DNA of 64,000 bases from Planctomycetota bacterium (GCA_003671195.1 QWPJ01000140.1:1329-65328), one strand, 5' to 3'. Shown: positions 41,874 through 52,893, counted from the stretch's first letter. The notes: generated by a model not told the origin, from the letters alone. Translations and numbers: made by a program.

Positions 41874-41970
41874 CGTTGAACAGTCAGCCGAAGGCGTACT
41901 GATTCATCGCCATCTTCGACGACGTGTACGCCTACGGCTGACTGTTCAACGAAAAGGGCCCTCTGGCCTC
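41874..41970. repeat. REP-like hairpin, copy 2 (right border of kinase islet)
   Basis: CGTTGAACAGTCAGCCGAAGGCGTAC...GTACGCCTACGGCTGACTGTTCAACG, same orientation and near-identical loop as copy 1. Confidence 0.85.
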
Positions 41971-42714
41971 TCAGCGGATCGCAATGCAACTCTGCAAGGG
42001 CTTGAGTATGTTCTCGACGACATAACTGTCCATCAACTCGCGCATGTGGACCTCAAGCCGATCCAACTCGCCGACAAAGGTCTCCTCGGGCGACAAGGAA
42101 TCAAACCGTCGGACCGTCACGTAAACACTCAACAAATCCTCGGCAATCTCCGGACCCTTGGTCTGAAGCGATCCGTTGCGAGGCTCAAAGTTGATCCGAG
42201 CATGCGTGCGAAACGTCTCGTCGAGCGATATCTGGATGACCGGCTCATAGCACATCACCTGCGATCCGGGCCGCTGCGAAAAACTCTCAAAGGCCGCCGG
42301 TAACCCCAAGGCATCGCACAAGAGCTGGTTGTGGTTGCCTCGATAGGCAAAGTCAAATCCATACATCAAACTCAAGGCCTCGCAATCCAACCGACTGACC
42401 GAAAGCATATAAGGCGCCAATTCGAGCACCTGGCGATGCTGCTCCATCGCCTCTTGAATCGATCCGGGATTGACCATCGAACTGCTGATCCGACGCAACT
42501 CGGCCGCTACCCACCGATAAGTTCCCTGATCCTTATCCTCCTCCAAGATGAACTCGCCGCGCTCGCGCTCATAGAAATGCGCAAGCCTCGGGAAACGCTT
42601 CTGCAACTGCTCAAAGAAATGAAGCACCGCATCCCGCCCCGTCGGCAAATCCATCTCGGTCTGCAAGGTTACGTTCGAATAAAAGTCGTCGCTAAACGAT
42701 CCGTAGGAATCCAT
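41971..42714 (-). CDS. Conserved hypothetical protein
   Basis: Long ORF with host-like codon usage; DDFY.N..L.TEM.LP..R..VLHFFEQ, FDFAYRGNHN. Confidence 0.8.
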   Translation of the reverse strand: MDSYGSFSDDFYSNVTLQTEMDLPTGRDAVLHFFEQLQKRFPRLAHFYERERGEFILEEDKDQGTYRWVAAELRRISSSMVNPGSIQEAMEQHRQVLELAPYMLSVSRLDCEALSLMYGFDFAYRGNHNQLLCDALGLPAAFESFSQRPGSQVMCYEPVIQISLDETFRTHARINFEPRNGSLQTKGPEIAEDLLSVYVTVRRFDSLSPEETFVGELDRLEVHMRELMDSYVVENILKPLQSCIAIR

Positions 42715-42834
42715 GCTCTGTGCGTCTCTGCTAAACCACCGAAGTTACCAAAATACCCCAAGAAGGCATCAACAACTCTCAGGCCCATGTCGCCAAGAGC
42801 CACCCATCGACGAGCCAGTGCTCCCTGGGAACTC

Positions 42835-43617
42835 TCAGATCAACTCGAATGCCATATTATCCCTGGCAAGCTCAATAAGCCTAGGGGCTTGCTCAGGAGT
42901 ATTTTCCAATCGCCGCTTCTGAAGCACTTCCCGCAAACCCACCGGGTCCGGGTGGCTGACCATGGGGTTAAAATGGGTCAAAATCAAACGCTCAACCCCA
43001 TGCTTCGCCGCCTGCGCTACCACCTCGGTCGGCCAGCTATGGCCCGTGTGCCGCGCCATCTTCTTCTCCTGGTCGGTGAAATTGCACTCGTGGACCAACC
43101 AATCGACACCTTGGAGATTCCTCCAGTATTCGGAATCGTCCTCACAGGTCGTATCGGTCACATAAGCCAACGATACGCCTGGGAAATCCAGTCGGTATCC
43201 GACCGCACCCCCGGGATGCTCAAGCGGAAACCAAGAGCACTTGGCCCCCCCAAGCTCAAATCGCGGCCCCAAGTCCTCCAACACATGCCACTCAAAAGGA
43301 GGAATCACCGGAAACAACGAAGAATGAAACAGATGCTCCCGAATCGCGTCAATCTTCTCCCGCTGCGCATAGATATGAATCCTCTTGAGCGGCGTGTTCC
43401 CACCCAAAAGATCCCAAAAGAACGTCAGTCCCATCACATGGTCCAAATGCGTGTGCGACAAAAGGACCGAGATCGACTCGGTCGCGATGAGCCCATGCAA
43501 GCGAAACAGTGAACTGCCCGCATCGAACGCAATGCCCGGCTCTGGCAGAAAAAAACAAGCCGTATGCCTAGCCTCGCTCGGGTGATACCCCGCCGTTCCC
43601 AGGCAGTGTAGTTTCAT
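42835..43617 (-). CDS. MBL-fold metallo-hydrolase (RNase Z-like)
   Basis: LGTAG, DAG, SHTHLDH (HxHxDH), YVTDT, HECNF, GHS, LTHF. Confidence 0.9.
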   Translation of the reverse strand: MKLHCLGTAGYHPSEARHTACFFLPEPGIAFDAGSSLFRLHGLIATESISVLLSHTHLDHVMGLTFFWDLLGGNTPLKRIHIYAQREKIDAIREHLFHSSLFPVIPPFEWHVLEDLGPRFELGGAKCSWFPLEHPGGAVGYRLDFPGVSLAYVTDTTCEDDSEYWRNLQGVDWLVHECNFTDQEKKMARHTGHSWPTEVVAQAAKHGVERLILTHFNPMVSHPDPVGLREVLQKRRLENTPEQAPRLIELARDNMAFELI

Positions 43618-43826
43618 GATGGAATATCCGCAAAAAATGCAAAAAGCACGCCGCGATCCTCGGTCCTCTCCGAAGCTCCAGCATACTCAAAATCGACCCG
43701 AATTCTCGCCTGCAATCCTCAGCGATCCAACGGATTTCGCGGAATAGTTTCCGACCAAGCCCACCGACAAAATCTTTGCAATCCCTACAAACACTCCAGT
43801 TGGCTCATCCACCCCCCCCCAATCCA

Positions 43827-45092
43827 CTACTTGACCCCAAGCCCATTGGGACGCGGACTCAAGATCCCTCGGACCCCCATCTGCGCCGGATCCCTGGCCA
43901 ACTTGTCGGCCGTCACTCGCACATCCTCGATCACCGGCTGCAAACGTCGCGTTATCAATTCCACATTCCCCGATACCAACCGGATATTGTCCAACGTATC
44001 GTTGAGCTTGCCATACATCGCAGGGTCATCAATCAACCGCGCCAATGTCCCTTGGCTACTGTTGAGCCTCCTTGCAAAAACCTTCAAGTCAGCGGCCAAG
44101 CCCTCGATGTTCGCCAAAGCGTTCCCAAGATTCGCCGCAATCTGGTCGCTGCGTTGACTGATCGGTTCGGTGATCTCGGCCAAATTAGCAATCGCCTCGT
44201 CGGCATTGATCAACGCCGATCGCACCGTCTCGCCAATCCCCGTAAACTCCCCTCCGATACTCTCGAGACTGTCGCTGAACTCCTCGAATCCTTTGAGGGT
44301 TCGTTGCAACTGCGTCAAGGTGCCTTCGGCGTTCTTGATCAACCCCGGTAAGGTCGTCAACGCCTCGGCGATCAAATTGGGAATGTTGGCCCTTTCGACC
44401 TGTGTGCCAATCCGATTGATCGTCCCTACCGTCACATTGATGTTGTCGAGCGTCGTTTGCATCCGACCTGTTACATCCTTGATCGATGCGGTGTCCCCAC
44501 CGAATGTATCCTGAGCCACCGAAAGGATGTTATCGAGCTTCTGCGCTACGCGCTGCAAGGAATTCGCTAAACCAGCCATATCGCCAAAAGCCTCTAAAGG
44601 ATCAGGGACCACCTCCCCCTTAGCTATGAAGTCCTGCTGGCCAATGACCTGCATGGAAGCTTGCATCTCCCGCTCATCCAAAACGCCATCCCGAGGCGAG
44701 CCCGAAAAACCATCGAAACGGGTAAGCAACTCCTTGGGGTCCGGATCGATAAACTCGATGATCGAGTCGCCACTGATGAGCGACCCAGTCTTGATCCGGG
44801 GAACCTCACCGACGAGCAACTCGCAAGTCCGATCGATCTCCAAGAGCAAGTCGACCCCGCCCCCACGCTGCGTGCGCAACTCCACCTTGGCCACTCGACC
44901 GATCAACACCCCGTTTTTGCGCACGGGTGTGTCGACTCCCACATTCGGCGCACTCGGAAAATTGACCGTAAAACGATACCGATCTACCCAAAGCTTGGGC
45001 ACAGCTCCAAAAAATGCAATCAGCAGTACACCGATGATCGCAGAGGCCAATACCAATACACCTACGCCAAACCGATATCCATTATCGTCCAT
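43827..45092 (-). CDS. mlaD: MlaD/MCE family substrate-binding protein
   Basis: N-terminal TM, MCE motif F.SA..V..DTPVRKNGVLIGRV, coiled-coil tail, GTLARLIDD. Confidence 0.85.
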   Translation of the reverse strand: MDDNGYRFGVGVLVLASAIIGVLLIAFFGAVPKLWVDRYRFTVNFPSAPNVGVDTPVRKNGVLIGRVAKVELRTQRGGGVDLLLEIDRTCELLVGEVPRIKTGSLISGDSIIEFIDPDPKELLTRFDGFSGSPRDGVLDEREMQASMQVIGQQDFIAKGEVVPDPLEAFGDMAGLANSLQRVAQKLDNILSVAQDTFGGDTASIKDVTGRMQTTLDNINVTVGTINRIGTQVERANIPNLIAEALTTLPGLIKNAEGTLTQLQRTLKGFEEFSDSLESIGGEFTGIGETVRSALINADEAIANLAEITEPISQRSDQIAANLGNALANIEGLAADLKVFARRLNSSQGTLARLIDDPAMYGKLNDTLDNIRLVSGNVELITRRLQPVIEDVRVTADKLARDPAQMGVRGILSPRPNGLGVK

Positions 45093-45097
45093 AGTCT

Positions 45098-45991
45098 TTA
45101 CTCGGCCTCCCTTCGCGCAATCGTGTCATGCAGCCGTGGTGTCTCATCGACGTGCGACACGCTCGAAATCGATAGCAACTCCATCAAACGCTCGCCAGCC
45201 TCGCCGCGCACAAACTGACGAACCCGCCGATCCTTGCACTCCTCGAGCCCCTCGGGTGCACCATCAAATAACACCTGGGACTCTCCAGGCAAAAGACGGC
45301 TGTAAGGATAAAGCATGATCACCCGGTCGGCAATCTTACGAGCCGAATGCATGTCGTGCGTCACGACGATACTCGTGACCGAATACTTTCGCTGCGATCG
45401 CAAGATCAACTCGTTGATCACGTCGCTCATGATCGGATCCAACCCAGTCGTCGGTTCGTCGTAGAGCAGAAGCTCGGGCTGCAAAATCAAAGCTCGGGCC
45501 AATCCCACCCGCTTGCGCATCCCCCCTGATAACTGCGATGGCCGCTTGGGCAAAACACTCGTCGGTAAACCTACCTCCATGAGCCGCTGCTCGATCAGAG
45601 TCTGGGCCGTAGCTCCAGGTGGAACCCCATGCTGATCCAATGGAAAGGCAATGTTCTGCTGGATGCTCATGCTGTCAAACAACGCCGCATTCTGAAACAC
45701 AAAACCAAATCTCCGTCGCAACTTGGTCAACTCCGCTTCCGAAAGCGATTTCAAATCGCATCCATCAAACCTGACGGTTCCCTCCGTCGCCGGCAGTAAC
45801 CCCACAAGCGACTTGAGCAACATCGTCTTGCCGCATCCACTCTCCCCAATGATCGCTACGGTCTGCCCCCTAGGGATCGATAGAGTGATCTGATGCAATA
45901 CGATCTGCCGTCCAAATCGAATGCTCAAACCCTGCGTCTCAATGATCGCAACGTCGCTCGGCGGACTCTTGGAAATCACGGTCGTTACCAT
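45098..45991 (-). CDS. mlaF: MlaF-type ABC ATP-binding protein
   Basis: GESGCGKT, FQNAALFDSM, LSGGMRKRVGLARAL, YDEPTTGLDP. Confidence 0.9.
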   Translation of the reverse strand: MVTTVISKSPPSDVAIIETQGLSIRFGRQIVLHQITLSIPRGQTVAIIGESGCGKTMLLKSLVGLLPATEGTVRFDGCDLKSLSEAELTKLRRRFGFVFQNAALFDSMSIQQNIAFPLDQHGVPPGATAQTLIEQRLMEVGLPTSVLPKRPSQLSGGMRKRVGLARALILQPELLLYDEPTTGLDPIMSDVINELILRSQRKYSVTSIVVTHDMHSARKIADRVIMLYPYSRLLPGESQVLFDGAPEGLEECKDRRVRQFVRGEAGERLMELLSISSVSHVDETPRLHDTIARREAE

Positions 45992-46014
45992 CGATGCACC
46001 CCCGAATTCCCCTC

Positions 46015-46899
46015 TCAAAAAAGCTTCGAGCCACTCGTCGGCCAAAACGTCGAGTGAACCCCATCGAGGAACATGTTCAATACAATGTCGACGGCCAGTA
46101 TCATCACGAAACTCTCCACGAATGCCGATGTCGCCGCTCGTCCCACACCCTCAGCTCCAGCCTGGCAATGAAACCCGCGATAACAACTGACAATCGCGAT
46201 GATCGCCCCAAAAAACACACTCTTGAATATCCCAGTGAAAAAATCAAACCCCCCTACAAAGTCCCGGCTGTTCTTCAAGTACTGCGCATGGTCGATCCCA
46301 AAAACGATCACACTGAAAAAGTACCCGCCGACAATCCCCATGAAGTCTGCCATGATCGTCAATGCCGGTATCAATAACACACAGGCCAAAAATCGAGGTA
46401 CTACCAAGTAATGGATCGGATTGGCTCCCATCGCAACCAATGCGTCGATCTGCTCGGTCACCCGCATCGTACCTATCACCGCTGCCATCGCACTGCCAAC
46501 CCGACCCGCTAACATCGTCGCCGCCAAAACCGGACCTAACTCCCGTACCAGCGACATCGTAATGACCGCGCCTAACTTCGACTCCAATCCCATCGTCTTG
46601 AACTGATGGTAACTCTGCAAAGCCAAAACCATCCCTATGAACGTCCCCGTCAATGCCACCACCGGTAAACTCAATACCCCTACCGCATAAAAATTCTGCA
46701 TCAACGTTCCACTCCGTGGCCTCGAAGATACCATCCACATCAACATCCGACACGTAAACAAGGAAATGTCCCCCAAGGTGTTGATCCCCTGGATCACGAC
46801 ACCCCCCCAAGCATTGGCCACCTTGCCAAAACTTTGACTCATTCGACCCGCAAGCGAATCCCGCGATGTTTTCCGAGTTGTTCCCATATCGCGTTCCAT
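46015..46899 (-). CDS. mlaE: MlaE-type ABC permease
   Basis: RELGPVLAA..LAGRVGS, MRVTEQIDAL, GAEGVGRAATSAFV. Confidence 0.92.
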   Translation of the reverse strand: MERDMGTTRKTSRDSLAGRMSQSFGKVANAWGGVVIQGINTLGDISLFTCRMLMWMVSSRPRSGTLMQNFYAVGVLSLPVVALTGTFIGMVLALQSYHQFKTMGLESKLGAVITMSLVRELGPVLAATMLAGRVGSAMAAVIGTMRVTEQIDALVAMGANPIHYLVVPRFLACVLLIPALTIMADFMGIVGGYFFSVIVFGIDHAQYLKNSRDFVGGFDFFTGIFKSVFFGAIIAIVSCYRGFHCQAGAEGVGRAATSAFVESFVMILAVDIVLNMFLDGVHSTFWPTSGSKLF

Positions 46900-47034
46900 C
46901 GACCCCGATTTTTGGTAACTTGAGCTGACTTTGACGGATAGCCAAAGATTGACGGTTCGGACGACTTTTCAACCCCTCCTTTGACTCTCCTTCCCAATAT
47001 TCCACTCGAACTCCGACCGATGTATCCAACAAAG

Positions 47035-47065
47035 CTCCGTGCCCTCTGTGCCTCTGTGTTCCAAA
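47035..47065 (+). repeat. Solo arm of the GxxExxY-associated repeat
   Basis: CTCCGTGCCCTCTGTGCCTCTGTGTTCCAAA matches the array R arm. Confidence 0.8.
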
Positions 47066-47114
47066 CGGATTTCGTCCGAAATCTTTCTCGGGAGTAAGCC
47101 TTACCTGGACGTTT

Positions 47115-47131
47115 TGCTAGCTTTGTGCCGA
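47115..47131 (-). promoter_or_regulatory. Possible sigma-54 (-24/-12) promoter for mlaEFD
   Basis: Minus strand TCGGCACAAAGCTAGCA: GG-N10-GC with GGCAC, imperfect TTGC. Confidence 0.3.
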
Positions 47132-47327
47132 AACCAACCACCTGGAGTTGCTTGACAGCCTCCGGTCTGCCTGCGTAGCATTTAGTAACGCTCCAGAAGA
47201 TAAACACTTCTGGTGCCACCCTCCCTCCCCAAAAGAGCCCCGTTTTCCTCCCCAAAACGGCTCATAAATCGCCCGCCCACCCCTGAATCTCGATACTCCC
47301 AATCTCGATACTCCCCCGAGTAAGCCC

Positions 47328-49682
47328 ATGCGGCATGCCCAACGGCTCTTGATCGCCGTTTTCCTCCGACACTTCACCTCGCAATTCCTTGCCACTAGCC
47401 CCGGCATGGTTTCCGCCTCATGCGTAGCCCTGGCGCTGTGCCATCTTGCCGCCGCTCAAGACTTCGAACAAGGAAAAGCGCTCTGGGCAACCCAGTGCGC
47501 CTCGTGCCACGGCTCAACAGGGCAGGGGGTCGAGAACCACTTCGCCGACCCGCTGACCGGTGACCTATCGATCAAAGAACTTGCCGAAGTCATCCAGGCG
47601 ACCATGCCCGAAGGCGCCCCGAAAAGCCTCACCGATCCACAGGCCCAAGCCCTCGCGCAGTTCGTTCATCACGAATTTTACTCCCCCTACGCACAACTCC
47701 GTAACTCCCCACCAAAAATCGCCTTCAGCCGCCTGACTGCAGACCAGTACCGCCGCAGTGTCTCAGACCTGATGGCCATCTGCAACGGACAAGCACAAGC
47801 TTGGAGCCAAGAACGTGGACTCCAGCGACTGATCACCCAAGGCGAGTGGAACAAGGATCGAAAGGATGTCGAAAAGAAGGTCGACGGGAAACTGGTCTGG
47901 GACTGGCCCGAAAACAAACCGCTCGGAGAAATCGACCACGAAAAATGGCAAATCCGTTGGTCTGGTACCCTTCTTGCCCCCACCTCGGGTCGCTACGAAT
48001 TCCTCCTGGATTCGACCATCAACACCAAACTCTTCGTCAACGACGAACGAACGCCACTGATCGATGCAAGTGTCGTTTCCTACGAGAAAAGTACCAACTC
48101 AGCGAGCATCTTCCTCGTCGCAGGCCAAGTCTATCGCTTCGTCCTGGATGCATCCAAAAACAAAGAGCCCAAAGCTCGATTGAGCCTTCAGTGGAAGCCT
48201 CCCTCCGGTGTCCTTGAGCCTATCCCAGATTCGCTCCTTTCCCCCACCTGGGCCCCCCAAACCCTCCTGATCGAAACCCCTTTCCCACCCGACGATGCAA
48301 GCGTCGGGTACGAACGCGGAACGAGCATCTCCCGCGATTGGTTCGAAGCCCTCATCGCCTCGGCCATCGAAGTGGGAAACCAAATCACCGAGGATCCAAA
48401 ACGCTGGATGCCCAAACAAGCCAATGACCCAACAAACCTCGAGCACGTCAAAAAATGGTGCGCCCTTTGGGTCTCTGCGGCACTGCGTCGGCCCCTGACC
48501 CCAGACGACACCCAACGCTTCGTCGAAGCCCATTTCGATGGCGAATCGTCCATCGCCGTGGGGATCAAAAAAGTTTGCCTCATGACGCTGACCTCCCCAG
48601 AATTCCAATACCCTGGATTCTCAGGCTCCGAGGATGAAAAAAATATCGCTCGCTTGGCCCTAGCCCTCTGGGACTCTCTGCCCGACCCGTGGATGATCGA
48701 ACTGGCTGCCAAACAAGAATGCCACCATCCGGATCAACTTCGACCGATCATCGATCGCATGATCCGCGATCGACGCTTCGAACAAAAATTGACCCGCTTC
48801 TACCTCGAATGGCTCGGCCTGCACTCGGCCAAAGACCTCACCAAAACCAAAGATCGCTTCGAAGCCTTCGACGAATCCCTCCAATCGGACCTAAGGCAGA
48901 GCCTCCAGCGAATTCTCAGTGACTACGCCAAAGACGATGTCGATATCCGTGGACTCCTGAACTCAGATGCCATCTACCTCAACGGAAAACTCTCAAGCGT
49001 CTTCGGCGGTGGACTCCCACCCGATGCACCTTTTCAAAAAGTCGCTATGCCCACCGAACGCGCAGCAGGCGTCCTGTCTCACCCCTTCGTCCAAGCTTAC
49101 TACGCCTACCACGATTCGGGCTCTCCGATCCACCGCGGTGTGTTTCTTGCACGAAGAGTCCTGGGCCGTTCGCTCCGACCACCTATCGATGCGATCATCC
49201 CCGCATCCGAAGAAACCGATCCTGGCCTAACGACACGCCAGCGTGTCGCAAAACAAACCTCGGGCGCAATGTGCCAATCCTGCCACCGGATCATCAATCC
49301 CCTCGGATTCGCTTTCGAAAACTACGACGCCATCGGTCGCTTTCGCGCCGAGGAAAACGGCAAACCCATCGACGCAGCCGGTGCCTACGTCACTAGCCTC
49401 GGGGACCAAGTCGAGTTCAATAGCTCCAAACAACTCGGCGACTTCCTGGCCGCATCCCCTGAAGTCCACCAAGCGATCGTCAAGCAACTCTTCCAGTTCT
49501 TTGTCAAACAACCCCTCCCGGCCTACGGACTCGATCAATCCGACTCCCTGACCAAATCCCTCCAAAACCATGGATTCAAAGTCCGACCCCTCATGCAGGA
49601 CATCGGACTCCTGATCTGCCAACCCCCTTCGATCCCCAAACCGCCAGCGAACCCGGCCGTTGCAAATCTAGAGAATCCCTAA
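47328..49682 (+). CDS. DUF1592/DUF1588-type protein with cytochrome c and PA14 domains
   Basis: CASCHG, PA14-like IRWSGTL..P.SG.Y.F, SPIHRG, CQSCH.IINPLGFAFENYDAIGR. Confidence 0.9.
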   Translation: MRHAQRLLIAVFLRHFTSQFLATSPGMVSASCVALALCHLAAAQDFEQGKALWATQCASCHGSTGQGVENHFADPLTGDLSIKELAEVIQATMPEGAPKSLTDPQAQALAQFVHHEFYSPYAQLRNSPPKIAFSRLTADQYRRSVSDLMAICNGQAQAWSQERGLQRLITQGEWNKDRKDVEKKVDGKLVWDWPENKPLGEIDHEKWQIRWSGTLLAPTSGRYEFLLDSTINTKLFVNDERTPLIDASVVSYEKSTNSASIFLVAGQVYRFVLDASKNKEPKARLSLQWKPPSGVLEPIPDSLLSPTWAPQTLLIETPFPPDDASVGYERGTSISRDWFEALIASAIEVGNQITEDPKRWMPKQANDPTNLEHVKKWCALWVSAALRRPLTPDDTQRFVEAHFDGESSIAVGIKKVCLMTLTSPEFQYPGFSGSEDEKNIARLALALWDSLPDPWMIELAAKQECHHPDQLRPIIDRMIRDRRFEQKLTRFYLEWLGLHSAKDLTKTKDRFEAFDESLQSDLRQSLQRILSDYAKDDVDIRGLLNSDAIYLNGKLSSVFGGGLPPDAPFQKVAMPTERAAGVLSHPFVQAYYAYHDSGSPIHRGVFLARRVLGRSLRPPIDAIIPASEETDPGLTTRQRVAKQTSGAMCQSCHRIINPLGFAFENYDAIGRFRAEENGKPIDAAGAYVTSLGDQVEFNSSKQLGDFLAASPEVHQAIVKQLFQFFVKQPLPAYGLDQSDSLTKSLQNHGFKVRPLMQDIGLLICQPPSIPKPPANPAVANLENP

Positions 49683-49797
49683 GATCCCAGCAAACCAAAC
49701 CCCTCCGATGCGACCCTACGCTCATCGATGACTATACTTGTAGATCCCACGCCCCGCGATCACCGAACCGAATCACTCACCTTCCCATTCACCGATC

Positions 49798-51108
49798 ATG
49801 ACCTCCCTTTATTCCCGACGCGACTTTGCCAAGAAAATCGGTATCAGCGCAAGCGCTCTACCCTTCCTCCTGAACCTCAGCAGCCTCGGACATGCCAGCC
49901 CCACGTCTGGAAAACAACGGCTGATCGTCGTGTTCAGCCCCAACGGCGTGATCCCCACGAATTTCTGGCCCGACCAAGAAGGAGATCAGTTCGACCTCAA
50001 ACCGATCATGGCTCCCCTGGCTCCCTTCAAAAATCGATTGCTTACCCTCCACGGCGTCAGCGACAAAATTCGAGGAGATGGCGATAACCACATGCGAGGC
50101 ATGGGCTGCCTGCTGACAGGCATCGAACTCTACCCAGGAAACATCCAAGGCGGTTCGGATACCCCGGCAGGCTGGGCCAGCGGAATCTCCATCGACCAAG
50201 AAATCAAAAAACACCTCCAAGCACGCCCCGAAACGCAAACCCGTTTCGGCTCCCTCGAATTCGGTGTCGGTGTTCCAAGCCGAGCCGACACCTGGACACG
50301 AATGGTCTACGAAGGTCCCAACCGACCCATCACCCCCGTCGATGACCCCTACGCAATGTTCAACAAACTCTACGGACAACGCAAAGACCAAGAGAGCGTC
50401 CGAAGCATCCTCGACGACCTCCAGTCCGATCTTGCGAAACTTCGCTCGAATGTAAGCCAAGACGATCGACGCTTGCTCGATGAACACGAAGCCCTCGTCC
50501 GAGAATTTGAAAAACAGCTCTCCCCCAACGCCGCCGATAACCACGCGGTTCCCTCTCTGGATCCGAAAGTCGAAGACAGCAACGACAACATCCCGACCCT
50601 GACCCGCATGCAAACCGACTTGATGCTCCATGCGATCCAAGCCGACTTCGCACGTATCTTCACCTTCCAATTCACCAACTCGGTTGGACAAGCCAAAATG
50701 CGATGGCTGGGAATCGAAGAGGATCACCACGGACTTTCCCACGAACCGGATTCCAACGAACAAGCCGTCGAGAAACTCACCAAAATCAATACTTGGTACT
50801 GCGAGCAAATCGCCTACCTCGCACAAAAGCTCGCCGATACACCGGAATCCGATGGAAACGGCTCGCTCCTAGACAACACCACCATCCTCTGGACCAACGA
50901 ACTCGGAAAAGGAAACTCCCATACCCTCGAGAACATCCCTTTTGTCCTCATCGGCGGTGGGCTCGGCTTCCAAATGGGTAGATCCCTCAAGTTCAAAAAC
51001 GTCCCACACAACCGATTGCTCCTGAGCCTCGCACACGGCTTCGGTCACTCAATCTCCCAATTCGGAAACGCAAATCACTGCAACGATGGCCCCTTGGCGC
51101 TATCCTAA
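49798..51108 (+). CDS. DUF1552 domain-containing protein
   Basis: SRRDF Tat-like motif, FSPNG, SIDQ, HHGLSH, LLDNT..W.NE.G; follows a DUF1592 gene. Confidence 0.9.
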   Translation: MTSLYSRRDFAKKIGISASALPFLLNLSSLGHASPTSGKQRLIVVFSPNGVIPTNFWPDQEGDQFDLKPIMAPLAPFKNRLLTLHGVSDKIRGDGDNHMRGMGCLLTGIELYPGNIQGGSDTPAGWASGISIDQEIKKHLQARPETQTRFGSLEFGVGVPSRADTWTRMVYEGPNRPITPVDDPYAMFNKLYGQRKDQESVRSILDDLQSDLAKLRSNVSQDDRRLLDEHEALVREFEKQLSPNAADNHAVPSLDPKVEDSNDNIPTLTRMQTDLMLHAIQADFARIFTFQFTNSVGQAKMRWLGIEEDHHGLSHEPDSNEQAVEKLTKINTWYCEQIAYLAQKLADTPESDGNGSLLDNTTILWTNELGKGNSHTLENIPFVLIGGGLGFQMGRSLKFKNVPHNRLLLSLAHGFGHSISQFGNANHCNDGPLALS

Positions 51109-51210
51109 ACTCCAAACAACCCAACGCTCGCTCGGCTCGTACCCTTGTTGCAAACCATGCTTAGGATCCCCAACGCCAAGCAACTCTCTGATGCACCGAG
51201 GTGATCTGCT

Positions 51211-52893
51211 ATGCCGGCTCTTGTCGTCGTGTCGGGACCAAACCTGGGTGCCCGCTACCCCATAAATAGCTCCACAAATAGCTCTGCGGTGAGAATCGGC
51301 AGAGACTCTCGCTGCGAAATCCACTTCGACGACACCGAAACCTCACGCAAACACGCCGAAATCGAACGCGTCGGTGACTCCTACGTCCTTACTGACCTCA
51401 AGAGCAGCAACGGCACTACCGTCAACGGTCAAACCATCGAAACCAAAACGCTCCTCGATGGGGATCGTGTGCAGATCGGAAAACAAATCCTTGTTTTTCG
51501 ACTCAGCGAGGCAGTTCCAAGCGCAACGGATAAAGACTATCTCCAACGAAGCGTTTCGATCGTCCCAGACCATGACCTGGAAAACTCCCAAATCATCAGT
51601 CGGGCCGATCTGAGCGATCCAGTCGGCGAAACCGAATTCTTCGACCCCCAAGTCGCTAACCCCCTCTCGGTCAACAAATCCCTATGGGAAATCATGTACC
51701 GAACCAGTTTGGCCGTCAGCCGAACCCTGGATATCAACCAACTCCTCGAACAAATCGTCGACCTGATCTTCCAATGGGTCCAATGCGATCATGCCTGCGT
51801 CATGCTCACCGATGCAATCTCCAACGAACTCAAACCCGTCTACCGCAAAAACCGTAAACCACAGTCCAACCACCAGATCACTATCAGCAAAACCATCCTT
51901 GACTTCGTCCTGAAAAACGAGGAAGGGGTACTGACGAGCAACGCAAAAGACGACCGACGATGGAACGCCAGCGCAAGCATCGAAGCCAGCGGTGTGTGCG
52001 AAGCGATCTGCGTCCCCATGAAAGGTCGCTATGGCGTCGTCGGTGTCCTCTACATCGACACCATGGTCAATGCCACCGTGCAATCGAAAACTCCCAATCG
52101 ATCCTCGCAAACCCAAATGCATGTCTTCGACGAAGAACACCTTAAAATGATGGTCACCATCGGACATCAAGCAGCCCTGGCCATCGAGGATACCCATTTC
52201 TACCAAACCACGATCCAAACCGAAAAATTAGCCGCCGTCGGACAGACCATCGCCAACCTCTCGCACCACGTCAAAAATATCCTGCAAGGTCTCAAAGGTG
52301 GAGGTTACATGGTCCATGAAGGCCTCAAACGCAACGAACTCGAACCCATTCGGGCCGGCTGGGAAATCTGCGAAAAAACCCACAGCCGTATCGAATCGCT
52401 CGTTCTCGATATGCTGACGATGAGCAAAGAACGCGAACCCAAACGCGAATCGACCAACCTAGTGCTCCTGATCCAAGACGCCCTGTCGATCGCTCAAGCC
52501 CCCGCTAGGGATGCCAACGTCCAACTCGCTTGGAACCCACCGGCCGATCCACTCACCGCATGCGTCGATCCCGAAGGTATCCACCGCGCGGTGCTAAACC
52601 TTATCCTCAACGCAATCGATGCGACCAGCGGTAGACCCGACCCCAAAGTTTCCATAGTGCTGCTGTGCACCAACGACTCAACGCGGATCGAAATCCAAGA
52701 CAACGGAATCGGAATCCCCAAATCCCAACTCCAAACGATCTTCTCTCTTTTCGAATCGACCAAAGGGAATCGAGGAACCGGACTTGGGTTACCCGTAAGT
52801 CAAAAAATCATCCGGGAACATGGCGGTGACATCTCGGTCTCAAGCGTCGTCGACCAAGGTACGACCTTCACCATCCGACTCCCCTCGGAATAG
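51211..52893 (+). CDS. FHA-GAF-histidine kinase
   Basis: IGR..SRKHA..DLKSSNGT (FHA); GAF; LSHHVKN (H box), NLILNAIDA, DNGIG, GTGLGL. Confidence 0.93.
   Translation: MPALVVVSGPNLGARYPINSSTNSSAVRIGRDSRCEIHFDDTETSRKHAEIERVGDSYVLTDLKSSNGTTVNGQTIETKTLLDGDRVQIGKQILVFRLSEAVPSATDKDYLQRSVSIVPDHDLENSQIISRADLSDPVGETEFFDPQVANPLSVNKSLWEIMYRTSLAVSRTLDINQLLEQIVDLIFQWVQCDHACVMLTDAISNELKPVYRKNRKPQSNHQITISKTILDFVLKNEEGVLTSNAKDDRRWNASASIEASGVCEAICVPMKGRYGVVGVLYIDTMVNATVQSKTPNRSSQTQMHVFDEEHLKMMVTIGHQAALAIEDTHFYQTTIQTEKLAAVGQTIANLSHHVKNILQGLKGGGYMVHEGLKRNELEPIRAGWEICEKTHSRIESLVLDMLTMSKEREPKRESTNLVLLIQDALSIAQAPARDANVQLAWNPPADPLTACVDPEGIHRAVLNLILNAIDATSGRPDPKVSIVLLCTNDSTRIEIQDNGIGIPKSQLQTIFSLFESTKGNRGTGLGLPVSQKIIREHGGDISVSSVVDQGTTFTIRLPSE

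Noticed and set aside
31299-43512. Long antisense ORFs (e.g. 31299-32393, 42331-43512)
   Set aside because: They lie antisense to well-supported genes, which is typical for GC-rich coding DNA, and carry no motifs.
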